From the IMG/VR virus record IMGVR_UViG_3300046492_000199: DNA of 64,000 nt. One strand, given 5' to 3'. The stretch's first letter is position 1, and every line of letters begins with the position of its first letter. The notes under the pieces are model-generated. The model did no database searches. It worked only from the letters and a program-made list of their open reading frames with translations, and was not told the origin of the DNA. The translations under genes were made by a program, and so were the position numbers. Positions 49,531-59,322 of the stretch are shown one piece after another. The DNA is from a virus.

Positions 49531-51264
49531 ATGACAATAAAAATTGACAGACTAAACGGTCTCTATGTCGCGCGATGCACTTATGAAGAACGTTTGATAC
49601 TGAAGCGTGCCGGATTTAAATTTAATGGTACTCGTTGGGTCACTGAGAATGACGACACGGCGAGGAAGTTTTATGATAACTGCATCGGTGCGGCGAAGGA
49701 ACGTCTAGATAACTTAGACGAAATCAAGCGTCAACTCGTAGAAGCTAGTTTCGCAGATGACTATGACGGCCACCTTCTTGCACCCGATGGCCTGACCTAT
49801 CTCCCGTTCCAACGCGCCGGTATTGCGTTTGCGTTGGAACGTCCTGATACATTGATTGCTGATTCGCCGGGACTTGGCAAGACGGTTCAAGCTCTTGGCG
49901 TTATCAATAATTTAATAAACGTTAAGAACGTTTTGTTAGTTGTCCCTGCCTCGCTCAAAATCAATTGGGCAAAAGAAGCAAGGAAATGGGTTAGGTCTGA
50001 ATTAGGTCTGACAATTGGCACCGCTCATACTAAACCTAAAATCATTATTGATGCTGAAGGCACGAAGAAATCCACCACTGAATACATTTGGCCCGACGAA
50101 AATATTGTAATTATTAATTACGATATGTTGGAACAATTTCATGACGAAGTAAGATCGCGCAAGTGGGATGTTCTGGTCTGCGACGAGGCTCACGTTTTAA
50201 AGAATAAAGAAGCCCGCAAGACCAAGCAAGTCATCGGCTACGAGGGAAAGCGCAGAAAAGATAAAATCAGCGCTATCGAAGCTATCAAGAGGATTTTCCT
50301 AACCGGAACGCCGATCCTGAACAAGCCTCTCGATATGTTCTGCGTCATCTCAGCATTCGGTTTCGAGAATGTTTTTGGCAATTACGTTAAGTTTATCAAG
50401 AAGTTCTGTGCCGCGTTCGAAACCCCTTGGGGCCATTGGGACACAACTGGCACAGATAATCTAGAAGAGTTTCAAGAACTACTCCGCTCCACGTTTATGA
50501 TTCGCCGTCACAAAAACGACGTGCTGAAAGAGTTGCCGCCGAAACGCAGGCAAATCATCACGCTTCCGCAAGACGGCCTTTCTAGAATTGTCAAGAAGGA
50601 AAAGCAAATCTTTTCAGACAATTTGAAAAATCTTATGATCCTCAACGGTGAAAAGACCGAAGCGGATTATGAGGAAATGACTGATGCCCAACTCAGGCAA
50701 CTCATTGATAACATTCATGAAAGAACAAAAAACTTTGATGATGTGGAAGACTTCGATAATTATGAAGCGACTCACTTCGAAGCCATTGCAAATGCCAGAG
50801 AAGAAATCGGCTTAGCCAAACTTCCCATGATGATCGAATATATCAGGTCATTGTTAGAGAGTGGAGAGAAAGTCGTTGTCCTCGTGGTTCACAGAACTGT
50901 GGCTCACAGGATCGCAGACGCGTTCGAAGGCAGTGTGAAATTCATCGGAGGCATGAGCGATAAAGAAAAGAACGCTTCGGTCGAACGTTTCCAGAACGAT
51001 CCTGATTGCCGCGTCTTCGTTGGCAACATTAATGCCGCTGGCGTGGGGATCACATTGACCGAGGCTTGGAACTTGGTCATGGGCGAATTGTGTTTCGTCC
51101 CTGCACTATTGGAGCAGGGCGAAGATAGGATTCACAGAATCGGTCAAACCGCACACGCTCTGATTCACTACCTCATCGTCTCTGGTTCGTTGGAAGAACG
51201 TTTGATGGAAATCGTGTTGGAGAAGTTAGAAATGATTCACGCCGCACTGGATAGGAAGAAATGA
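49531..51264 (+). CDS. SNF2-family (HARP/SMARCAL1-like) helicase
   Basis: LIADSPGLGKT, VVPASLKINW, CDEAH, LTGTP, MIRRHK.DVLKELPPK, GVGITLT, QGEDRIHRIGQ. Confidence 0.9.
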   Translation: MTIKIDRLNGLYVARCTYEERLILKRAGFKFNGTRWVTENDDTARKFYDNCIGAAKERLDNLDEIKRQLVEASFADDYDGHLLAPDGLTYLPFQRAGIAFALERPDTLIADSPGLGKTVQALGVINNLINVKNVLLVVPASLKINWAKEARKWVRSELGLTIGTAHTKPKIIIDAEGTKKSTTEYIWPDENIVIINYDMLEQFHDEVRSRKWDVLVCDEAHVLKNKEARKTKQVIGYEGKRRKDKISAIEAIKRIFLTGTPILNKPLDMFCVISAFGFENVFGNYVKFIKKFCAAFETPWGHWDTTGTDNLEEFQELLRSTFMIRRHKNDVLKELPPKRRQIITLPQDGLSRIVKKEKQIFSDNLKNLMILNGEKTEADYEEMTDAQLRQLIDNIHERTKNFDDVEDFDNYEATHFEAIANAREEIGLAKLPMMIEYIRSLLESGEKVVVLVVHRTVAHRIADAFEGSVKFIGGMSDKEKNASVERFQNDPDCRVFVGNINAAGVGITLTEAWNLVMGELCFVPALLEQGEDRIHRIGQTAHALIHYLIVSGSLEERLMEIVLEKLEMIHAALDRKK

Positions 51265-52039
51265 CAGACAACGAAGTATTTAAAATTCTTATTTTCATTT
51301 TGGCGAAGAGAAATGGCGGAACGCTAACCATCAATAAAATTGACTTGTTACAATATGCTCCCTCAGTGACAGAAAAACTATACTTCAACGAGGACATAGA
51401 AAATCACAAATGGATATTGGAAGTTAAAGATGAATAGAAAAAGAAGCGAGTGCAATTGTATATGTCATAGGATGCCGGTTCTACATTTCACGGCATGCTG
51501 TTATCCAGATGAACTTTTCAAAGCAGAGGAAGTTAAAGAAAATGAAGTTCAAGACAAACGCTGAACCGATTATCACATCAGAATTTTTCTACGATCTATT
51601 CGATGGTGGTTATATCGAGCCTCAGAATTTGCTGGAAGCTAAAGATGCGGCCCGCGTGAATGAAGCGATTCACCTAATCCTTGAATTCAGGGATGCGCTT
51701 GAAGAAGAAGGTTTGATGGAATACAGCTGATGAAATTTAGAAGATATGATAAGACGTGGGTTGATTGGGACAAGGATTTTGATTTCTATGGCTCGCTCGC
51801 GGAAGAGGTTGGATGCGTTCGCCGCGCCGCTAAGCTTTTGTATTGGAACGTCATTTATGGTGCCAATGATTTGAGGCTCGGTGCGGCGGCTGCTGAAATT
51901 AAGTTGGAAGATATTTCTGCCGAAGATGGACACACTTATTCAATCGCTGGTGAATGGTTGAGAGAAATCGTTGCGCACTACATTATTGAACGTGTAAGGA
52001 TTTTAGATAAATTAGGGCAAATTAATTACGTCATCCCTG

Positions 52040-52068
52040 TTGACAACTAAAACGACAACCGCTATATC
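52040..52068 (+). promoter_or_regulatory. sigma70-like promoter
   Basis: TTGACA (52040-45), 17 nt, TATATC (52063-68), upstream of AAGGAG RBS. Confidence 0.65.
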
Positions 52069-52112
52069 AGTGTTGCGAAAACAAATTCCGCAACATTCAA
52101 AAGGAGAAAAAT

Positions 52113-53021
52113 ATGTTTAAGAAGATGATTATGGGTGCCGCTCTCGCTCTGGCGGCAATGGCTGGCGTTGCAATGGCTCAGGACGTACCGACGCTGAAGT
52201 TCTGCTCCGGTGCAAAGGGTGGGGTTTACGACTTCACCGCTGAAGTTCTGAAGCAGCAACTTGCTGGTACGGTTGATGTTGTCAATGTCAACACCGCTGG
52301 CTCGATGGAAAACCTTCAGAAGATCGCAAGTGGTGATTGTGACGCAGCTGCGGCGCAGAGTGATAGTCTTTACCTCTACGGCAAGGAAAATCCGAATGCG
52401 CTCGATCTGATCGTGCTGGAAAATAGTCTCTACACTGAGTATTTCCACTTGATCTGCAATCGCAAGTCTGGCGTGACGCAGTTCTCCGATCTGAACAAAG
52501 GCACTCTGGTTTACTCCGGTGGACGAGGTTCCGGTTCCGATGTTTCGCTACGTGGTCTTATTGCTTCCGACATTGAAAACGGCGGTGCGGATTACAAGGA
52601 AGTTCCGATCAGCAATGAAGGCGGCGCAGCTGCTTTGATTAAGCTGAATGGCGGTAAGGGCGCTTGTCTCGCATATACCGGTGCTCCGGGTGGTAAGTTC
52701 GTGACTGGTGATGCTTCGAGGTTCGCTGAATCTCTGGTCATTGTACCGGTAGAAGATAAGGACTTCAATGACGCGGAATACACAGACTCGAATGGTGTGA
52801 AGCAGTCTGTTTGGTCCAACGTGGTAATGCCTTATAGCTCTTACGGTAAGCTCATGCCGAGCGGTACGTTTGGTCGTAAGGATGTAAATACCATGGGCGT
52901 TGCAGCTGAAATCGTTATCTCCTCGGCTTGGTCCACCGCAAATCCTGACGCCTTTGGCGAAGTCGGTCTCTCCATTCCCGACGTGAAGAATTTGGTCCGC
53001 TCGACCAAGAAGCTTCAGTAA
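52113..53021 (+). CDS. TAXI-family TRAP solute-binding protein
   Basis: Signal peptide (AMA-Q); SGAKGGVY, TAGSMENL..I..G..DAAAAQSD, LYTEYFHLI, GGRGSGS. Confidence 0.75.
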   Translation: MFKKMIMGAALALAAMAGVAMAQDVPTLKFCSGAKGGVYDFTAEVLKQQLAGTVDVVNVNTAGSMENLQKIASGDCDAAAAQSDSLYLYGKENPNALDLIVLENSLYTEYFHLICNRKSGVTQFSDLNKGTLVYSGGRGSGSDVSLRGLIASDIENGGADYKEVPISNEGGAAALIKLNGGKGACLAYTGAPGGKFVTGDASRFAESLVIVPVEDKDFNDAEYTDSNGVKQSVWSNVVMPYSSYGKLMPSGTFGRKDVNTMGVAAEIVISSAWSTANPDAFGEVGLSIPDVKNLVRSTKKLQ

Positions 53022-53047
53022 ATGTTCTCGGATTATAAGATTGATAC

Positions 53048-53077
53048 TGAAGGCGGCGAGAGTCGCCTTCATTTTTC
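53048..53077 (+). terminator. intrinsic terminator downstream of TAXI gene
   Basis: TGAAGGCGGC-GAGA-GTCGCCTTCA followed by TTTTT. Confidence 0.7.
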
Positions 53078-53445
53078 TGTTAGAGAAGAAATGATGAAGC
53101 AGATACTTAGGGCTTGTCAGCAATTCATGGTCCCGCATCTTGATTTCAAGTATGATGAAAAAACCCATATATTGACATATATTATCACGGAAACGGCACA
53201 TTTAAATGACGAAGAAAAGAAATATTTACGTATGGGTTGAACGTCCTAGTGCAGCCGTCATCGTCCATAAGAATATATCATCATTCTTAGATTTTGAAGG
53301 ACGATTGACAGTTGAGTACAATTTCTACAAGGAAGCACATGGGGCGCTGATAAGTATGACAAAGCAGTTTATCCCACTGGCACCTATCTCAGATATGAAG
53401 TTAGATACGAAGATTAAAATGCCTATTGCATAAGAGAAAATATAG

Positions 53446-54465
53446 ATGAAACAATTATTTAAAGTTAGTTTTGGCAGCGATTTGTACGGCACGAAAACTC
53501 CAACAAGTGATACTGACTATAAGGGAGTGCATATCCCGGCTGGTCGTGATCTCGTGATGCAGGACACGGCACGTGTCATCTCCAACAGCACAGGCAGTGA
53601 TAAGACAAAAAACACTGTGGATGACATCGATGACGAAAGTTTTTCACTCCTGAAGTTCTTCGACATGCTGAAAAAGGGCGACATGGTTGCCCAAGAATTG
53701 TTACACGTTCCGGTTGAAAAAGCAATTGTTATGTCGTCTGAGTGGAGAGATATTATCCTGCCAAATAAACACAGACTGGTATCACGAGATATTAAAGGTT
53801 TCGTAGGATATGTGAAAACGCAGGCCGCAAAATATGGTATACGCGGATCGCGTGTAGCAACTTCTCGTAACGCGATGGACCTGTTTTCATTTTGGGTCGC
53901 GAGCTATGGCGCTAACACCAAAATCAAAGACGTTCCGATGTTCCATGAAGAGCTTGAGCGCTTCATCGTAGTCAATGAGCATTCTCAGTTTGTTGAAATG
54001 CCTGTGGCCAAAGGTTCAACGGAAACTGTGGAATACTTTGAAGCGATTAACCGCAAGGTGGGCTACACCATTGCTCTGAAAGAGGCTCACGCGATCTACA
54101 AGCGCAGCTTCGATGAGTATGGCTCTAGGGCTCTCATGGCTGAACAGAATGAGGGTGTGGACTGGAAAGCGCTGTATCACGCTATACGGGTCTCTGAGCA
54201 GGCCATGGAGTTACTTCAGTTCAATACGATTACGTTTCCGCGTCACAACGCTGCTGAACTTCTAACAATCAAAAGAGGGGAGCATCCTTATAAAGAAATC
54301 GCTTCAATGTTAGAAGATAATCTTGACAAATTGGAAAAATTAATGTTAGTATCTGATTTGCCACCTGAAGTGGACGTTAAATTTATGGACGAAATTGTTC
54401 ATGATCTCCACCTCGATAGGATCACAGAAGATTATGGTCTTCACAAAGCGGAATGGTGCCATTAG
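53446..54465 (+). CDS. Pol-beta-superfamily nucleotidyltransferase (T4 NrdC.11-like)
   Basis: FGSDLYGTKTPTSDTDYKG, QAAKY.I.GSR, DWKALYHAIR. Confidence 0.8.
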   Translation: MKQLFKVSFGSDLYGTKTPTSDTDYKGVHIPAGRDLVMQDTARVISNSTGSDKTKNTVDDIDDESFSLLKFFDMLKKGDMVAQELLHVPVEKAIVMSSEWRDIILPNKHRLVSRDIKGFVGYVKTQAAKYGIRGSRVATSRNAMDLFSFWVASYGANTKIKDVPMFHEELERFIVVNEHSQFVEMPVAKGSTETVEYFEAINRKVGYTIALKEAHAIYKRSFDEYGSRALMAEQNEGVDWKALYHAIRVSEQAMELLQFNTITFPRHNAAELLTIKRGEHPYKEIASMLEDNLDKLEKLMLVSDLPPEVDVKFMDEIVHDLHLDRITEDYGLHKAEWCH

Positions 54466-55814
54466 TGGATAATTTAGATACGCCTTTAGACGTGGAACGA
54501 TATCACTTCGAAAAACATCTGGTTGACCTAAAATGGCAACCAGATGTTTGGTGGGACGAAGATTATTTAGAAATCATTTACGAGTGGACCAGTGAAGATA
54601 AGAAACGCCGTGCCGTTGTTTCACTAGACGGCACTGACGGTAGGTACGGTTATTGCTACCTCGTGGGTCACAAATTCGTGGCTGGCGAAGAGTTTGATCC
54701 ACTCGTTACACACTTCCCCAATGACTTAAGGGAGTATCTTAATGACAGTGTACGTCCTGCGGGAACTTGAAAATATGGTTTGGTTTAATGTTGGCGTTGT
54801 TGATGAATTAGCGCTGGCAGAAAAATGGATGAATGAATCGTTTGCTTATGGTTATCGAAATTTCATAGCTTACGAATTGAATAGAGGTTTTAAATGATTC
54901 GTTATAAATCCGGCGACGTGCTTCAATTCAAAAATAGTAAAGAAATTAAAAGAATTATTATTAAAGTCAATAATGATGGCTACATATTTACAAAAGAAGT
55001 TTCAGGCCTAGCCGAGAACAGTGCCGAAACAAATGATCCTTTCTTTGAAGATGGGTGGAGAATTTATGATAACGATTAAAGTAGAAGAGCGCGACGATTA
55101 TTGGACCTGTGGCGACGGATGTTGCTCCAATTACGAAACGGTAAACGTGTTCCATTATGACGGCGAGACATACGAGTATCGCGGCAGTGATGCACATTAC
55201 AATTTTCGCAATTTTGCTGAAGAAGTTTTAAAAATTAAATTTGAGTATGATTACGATGTGGAGTAAATTCGAGACAGAGACTCCCGTACCGGGGAGTAAA
55301 ATTGTAATTGTCTCGGAACGCGGCTCGTCTTGCTACGCCGCTTATGTTAATAAAAACGGTGACATTCTATATGCCGAAGACGGTGAATCACTTAGCGGAG
55401 GCGGATGGGACAGTTCCACTATTTGGAACTATCTTCCGAACGATTATCCAATTCAATTTATGGAACAGTCAGAAGCGGATTGGTACTGATGCTGGATTAC
55501 GAAATTCTATTGACGCGGCTTAAAAATAAAGAAGCCTTAGATTCACGCTACGTCGAACTGACGCACCACGATCTTAGAATTTTTATTGCTCTGGTGGAAC
55601 GAGAACTTGCTAAGACATACGATCAATGGGAATGGAACGGCTCTTAAATGTTAATCGCGATTTGGGACTTTTTATTTACACGCCGTAAGTGGATCATCGT
55701 AGAAACATATCCTCTTTTTGGGGAAACTTACGAAGGCACTAAAGGCTGTATCGGTAACGTTTATGTTCTTCAAGACCAATTCGGAAACATTAAAAAGAAA
55801 GAAGTTACGAGCTA

Positions 55815-56381
55815 ATGGCTAAACTTCATTTTTTCTATAGTGTTATGAATGCTGGCAAATCAACTGCCTTGCTCCAAGCCGCACATAATTATGAAACTAA
55901 AGGTTGGAAAGTATATTATTTCACTTCAGGGCTTGACAATCGAGACGGAATAGGTTACATCAGTTCTAGAGTTGGAATTCAAAAAGCAGCCGTCGCCCTT
56001 AATTCAGACGACCTGTTTGTTGAGAAGGTCTCAATGTTTGATTGGGACAAGTCTGTCATTTTTGTCGATGAAATCCAATTTTTCACCGCAGCGCAAATTA
56101 GCGAACTAGCTGATATTGTTGATCATTTTAAAATCCCCGTTCTCTGCTACGGCCTGAAGAACAATTCCAACGGCGAACTGTTCGGACCCGCGATCCACGC
56201 CCTCCTCGCCCTCGCGGATCAAATTAAAGAATTAAAAACTGTGTGCCACTGCGGCGCTAAGGCAACTCAAATCATCAGACGCCAAAATGGCGTTCCTATT
56301 ATCACTTCATCTGTTGTCGAAGTTGGCGACAGTGACTACGAGTCGGTTTGCCGACGCCATTGGAAAGAAGCTCATGACTGA
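55815..56381 (+). CDS. tdk: thymidine kinase
   Basis: YSVMNAGKST.LLQ, ISSRVG, VDEIQF, CYGL, LKTVCHCG, GDSDYESVCRRH. Confidence 0.92.
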   Translation: MAKLHFFYSVMNAGKSTALLQAAHNYETKGWKVYYFTSGLDNRDGIGYISSRVGIQKAAVALNSDDLFVEKVSMFDWDKSVIFVDEIQFFTAAQISELADIVDHFKIPVLCYGLKNNSNGELFGPAIHALLALADQIKELKTVCHCGAKATQIIRRQNGVPIITSSVVEVGDSDYESVCRRHWKEAHD

Positions 56382-56705
56382 AGATAAAGCCACTGCTACT
56401 GCCTTGATTGCTAATATTGTTTCTACTATTTTCGGGGTATTTCTAAACGCTTATGCCTTTGCCTATCTCTGGCTCTGGTTCATTGTACCACTAGGTGTTC
56501 CTGTCATTGGCATGGCTCACGCCCTTGGCATTATCGCTATCCGAGGCTTCTTATTCTACGGCTACGCCTTGGATAAGCATGAAAGTGCCGCGTCAGCGAC
56601 GGAAAAACTGTGGACCGCCACGGCGAAACGACTTACTGTTCCGCTTGTCAGTCTCACATTCGGATATATTTTCCACAGCTTTATGTAATTGGAAATTTTA
56701 ATTTT

Positions 56706-57224
56706 ATGGGTTATATTACAACATTTACGGGGATTGATTTTAATCCCCTCAAATTCACTGAAGACGATTTTGATATTGAAGATATTGCCCACGCCCTTTC
56801 GATGAATTGCCGGTGGTCCGGTCATTGTAGCGCGTTCTATAGCGTGGCACAGCACAGTGTTTATGTCGCTCGCTTCATGCAACGAAATCAAATGCTTGGT
56901 CTTCTTCATGACGGCAGTGAAGCTTATGGCTCTGACATGCCAACGCCGTTCAAGAATATTCTTCCAGACTTTAGAAAGCTGGAAGATAATATTCAAGCCA
57001 AAATTTATAAAAAATTTCTTGGACGTATTCCTACTGAAGAAGAGCACCGCTATCTCAAAATTTATGACAAGCTTCTGCTTGACTTCGAAGGCACAACGTT
57101 TATTAAACATTGGGGCGCTCCAATCGACGTTTCAATTATTAGGCAAGTAGATGAGAAGTTCCATCCTTGGACCCCGGCAGAGGCAAAGGAGAAGTTTCTT
57201 AAAGAGTTTAGAAAGTTGATTTAA
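56706..57224 (+). CDS. HD-domain 5'-deoxynucleotidase-like hydrolase (YfbR/YfdR type)
   Basis: IEDIAHALS..CR..GH...YSVAQHS, LLHDGSEAY..D.PTP.K, D..LL..E. Confidence 0.75.
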   Translation: MGYITTFTGIDFNPLKFTEDDFDIEDIAHALSMNCRWSGHCSAFYSVAQHSVYVARFMQRNQMLGLLHDGSEAYGSDMPTPFKNILPDFRKLEDNIQAKIYKKFLGRIPTEEEHRYLKIYDKLLLDFEGTTFIKHWGAPIDVSIIRQVDEKFHPWTPAEAKEKFLKEFRKLI

Positions 57225-57226
57225 TA

Positions 57227-58510
57227 ATGGACCTTTCTACGATTACTACTGTAGCAGAATCGCAGTTTCATATTTGGCTACAGGCTCAGCTTAAAAATGA
57301 TTTTCTCATAGCTGGCATTGGCACTGTCATGCTTTCAGGTGTGATGTACGCCTTGAAAAGCATTCCGGGTAAGGTTTGGGACGCGGTGTATCACAGATCC
57401 ACTATCACGATCAACGTGTTCAGCGATAATGATAACTTTGTTGATGTTGTGACTGAACTGAATGCAAACACCATAAACTTCTTATCCCGACAGAACATTC
57501 TAGACGGAGAGAAAATGAGCGTTGGCCTCGGTACGTCGTGGACCAGATTTCGTGGTCACATCGTTAAGCTGGATCGGCAGAAAGAGAAGTCTGATAGTAA
57601 GGATTTTAAGCAAGACCTGACCGTGACGCATTTCTTCACGTCGAAGAAAAAAGTATTAAAGCTTTACGAAGATTTCTTCGAAGAGCGTAAGGCGAAAAAT
57701 AAAGATAAAATAAAAATCTACTCTCTCGACAAGGAGTATGTACAGCATCTGAAAGATATGCCAAAGCGCAAGAGAGAAGGCGTGTTCATCTCTCCCGATA
57801 TTTTGGAACATATTGAGAAGAGAATTAGGTTCTTCCAAAACAATAGGGCGTGGTACGAGGATCGCGGCATCCCTTATAAGTATGCCATTCTTCTGCATGG
57901 TGTTCCCGGTACGGGTAAAACCACACTGGCGAAATACATCGCTTCCATCACTAATCGTCACGTCGTTATGGTAAGCCCTACCAGACTTCCGGGACTTGCT
58001 GTTGCTTTGAATAATATCTACGAAGATGATTACAGCAGTGAAAGGGTTAGAGCTTCTTATCTAGGTATTATGGAAGATATTGACACAGATAATATCACGG
58101 CTAAGCGAGACGAAGCGCCAGACGATGACGATGATGACGACTCATCCACTGGAAATAATAATGCCGGGAAGTTCAGCCTGATTACTCTTGCCGATCTACT
58201 GAACGCAATCGACGGCATTAATGCGCCTGAGAATTTCATACTGGTTGCAACTACTAACCACTTAGGTAAGCTCGATCCAGCCCTTTTCAGAAAGGGACGT
58301 TTCGATGACGTGATTGAGATTAAGCCATTGGAAACGCCTGAGATTATCCGCATGGTCAAGTTCTTTTTTGAGGTAGATGGCGCGACAGGCTTTGTCAAGG
58401 AGTATGAGCCGATCCCCGGTGCTGTGCTGCAAGACCTGATCCTGCAATATTATGACGAGGGCGTTGATAGAGTTATTGAGGTTTTGAATGAAAAATTTAG
58501 CAGAGTTTGA
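57227..58510 (+). CDS. Bcs1-like membrane AAA+ ATPase
   Basis: N-terminal TM segment; WY..RGIPYK...LLHG.PGTGKT, MEDID, DLLNAIDG, VATTNH..KLDPAL.R.GRFD. Confidence 0.75.
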   Translation: MDLSTITTVAESQFHIWLQAQLKNDFLIAGIGTVMLSGVMYALKSIPGKVWDAVYHRSTITINVFSDNDNFVDVVTELNANTINFLSRQNILDGEKMSVGLGTSWTRFRGHIVKLDRQKEKSDSKDFKQDLTVTHFFTSKKKVLKLYEDFFEERKAKNKDKIKIYSLDKEYVQHLKDMPKRKREGVFISPDILEHIEKRIRFFQNNRAWYEDRGIPYKYAILLHGVPGTGKTTLAKYIASITNRHVVMVSPTRLPGLAVALNNIYEDDYSSERVRASYLGIMEDIDTDNITAKRDEAPDDDDDDDSSTGNNNAGKFSLITLADLLNAIDGINAPENFILVATTNHLGKLDPALFRKGRFDDVIEIKPLETPEIIRMVKFFFEVDGATGFVKEYEPIPGAVLQDLILQYYDEGVDRVIEVLNEKFSRV

Positions 58511-59246
58511 TTATTTAAAAACGCTGGAAGATAGCGTCGAAACTTATATCCCGGCTGACCAATACATGGTGGCTCGATTGGATGGGCATGGGTTTCACAA
58601 CTTCACCAAGGGGCTGACTCGCCCATTCGACGCTACGCTACGTGAGACAATGGCAGATGTGACAAAGCTGTTGATGGAACGTTTCGGCGCGACTGAAAGT
58701 TATACCCAAAGCGATGAAATAACTTTGATCTGGCACCCTCGCCAGAACCGTAACGGAACTGGTTGGGTCGAGCATCCACACTCAGGTCGCGTCGTGAAGC
58801 TCGCAACTCTGATGGCAAGCTACTGTTCCACAGAATTTTATAAATTAATTCAAGGATATAAGGTCACAAACTATAATGGTTTTGACTGCCGTGTCTATGG
58901 CGGACCAGAGAATGTCGCGACAGATAGCAAGAGGTTCAGGTTCATTGATTGCGCCACAAACGCGTATCAGCAAGTCGCTCAATCGTTGTGGAGCCAGAAG
59001 CAGTTAAACGGTGTCAGTGTTCAGCAAATTAAAGCCATGCTGAAAGAACGCGATATCAATGTTTGGCACGCCTACGGCGATGACGCAATGCTGGGTGTTT
59101 ATTTTTATAAAGAAGAAATTGTTGTGCCTAGTTCGCGCGAATACGAACTTTTTGGCCATGTAGCGAAAATCATAAATAGAACAGGGCGTTACAGAATCGT
59201 TAGATCAAACGGCGCTGAAATGATGAAGAGGATTAAAGAAAATTAA
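58488..59246 (+). CDS. Thg1-like (tRNA-His guanylyltransferase / 3'-5' polymerase) protein
   Basis: RLDGHGFHNFT..L.RPFD, YTQSDEITL, GRVVKL, FDCRV. Confidence 0.85.
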   Translation: MKNLAEFDYLKTLEDSVETYIPADQYMVARLDGHGFHNFTKGLTRPFDATLRETMADVTKLLMERFGATESYTQSDEITLIWHPRQNRNGTGWVEHPHSGRVVKLATLMASYCSTEFYKLIQGYKVTNYNGFDCRVYGGPENVATDSKRFRFIDCATNAYQQVAQSLWSQKQLNGVSVQQIKAMLKERDINVWHAYGDDAMLGVYFYKEEIVVPSSREYELFGHVAKIINRTGRYRIVRSNGAEMMKRIKEN

Positions 59247-59256
59247 AGATGATCAC

Positions 59257-59285
59257 TTGACTTTTTAATTTTTATATGATACGCT
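59257..59285 (+). promoter_or_regulatory. sigma70-like promoter
   Basis: TTGACT (59257-62), 17 nt, TACGCT (59280-85). Confidence 0.55.
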
Positions 59286-59322
59286 TCTCACGATTTTAAC
59301 ATAAAGTAGAAAAATAAAAAGA

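Noticed and set aside
56706-57224. DatZ / Z-base (2-aminoadenine) genome hypothesis
   Set aside because: The HD protein fits the generic YfbR/YfdR type and no purZ is visible in this window. This cannot be excluded for the rest of the genome.
58120-58142. GAC/GAT-rich repeat
   Set aside because: It encodes a poly-Asp linker within the ATPase and is not an independent repeat element.
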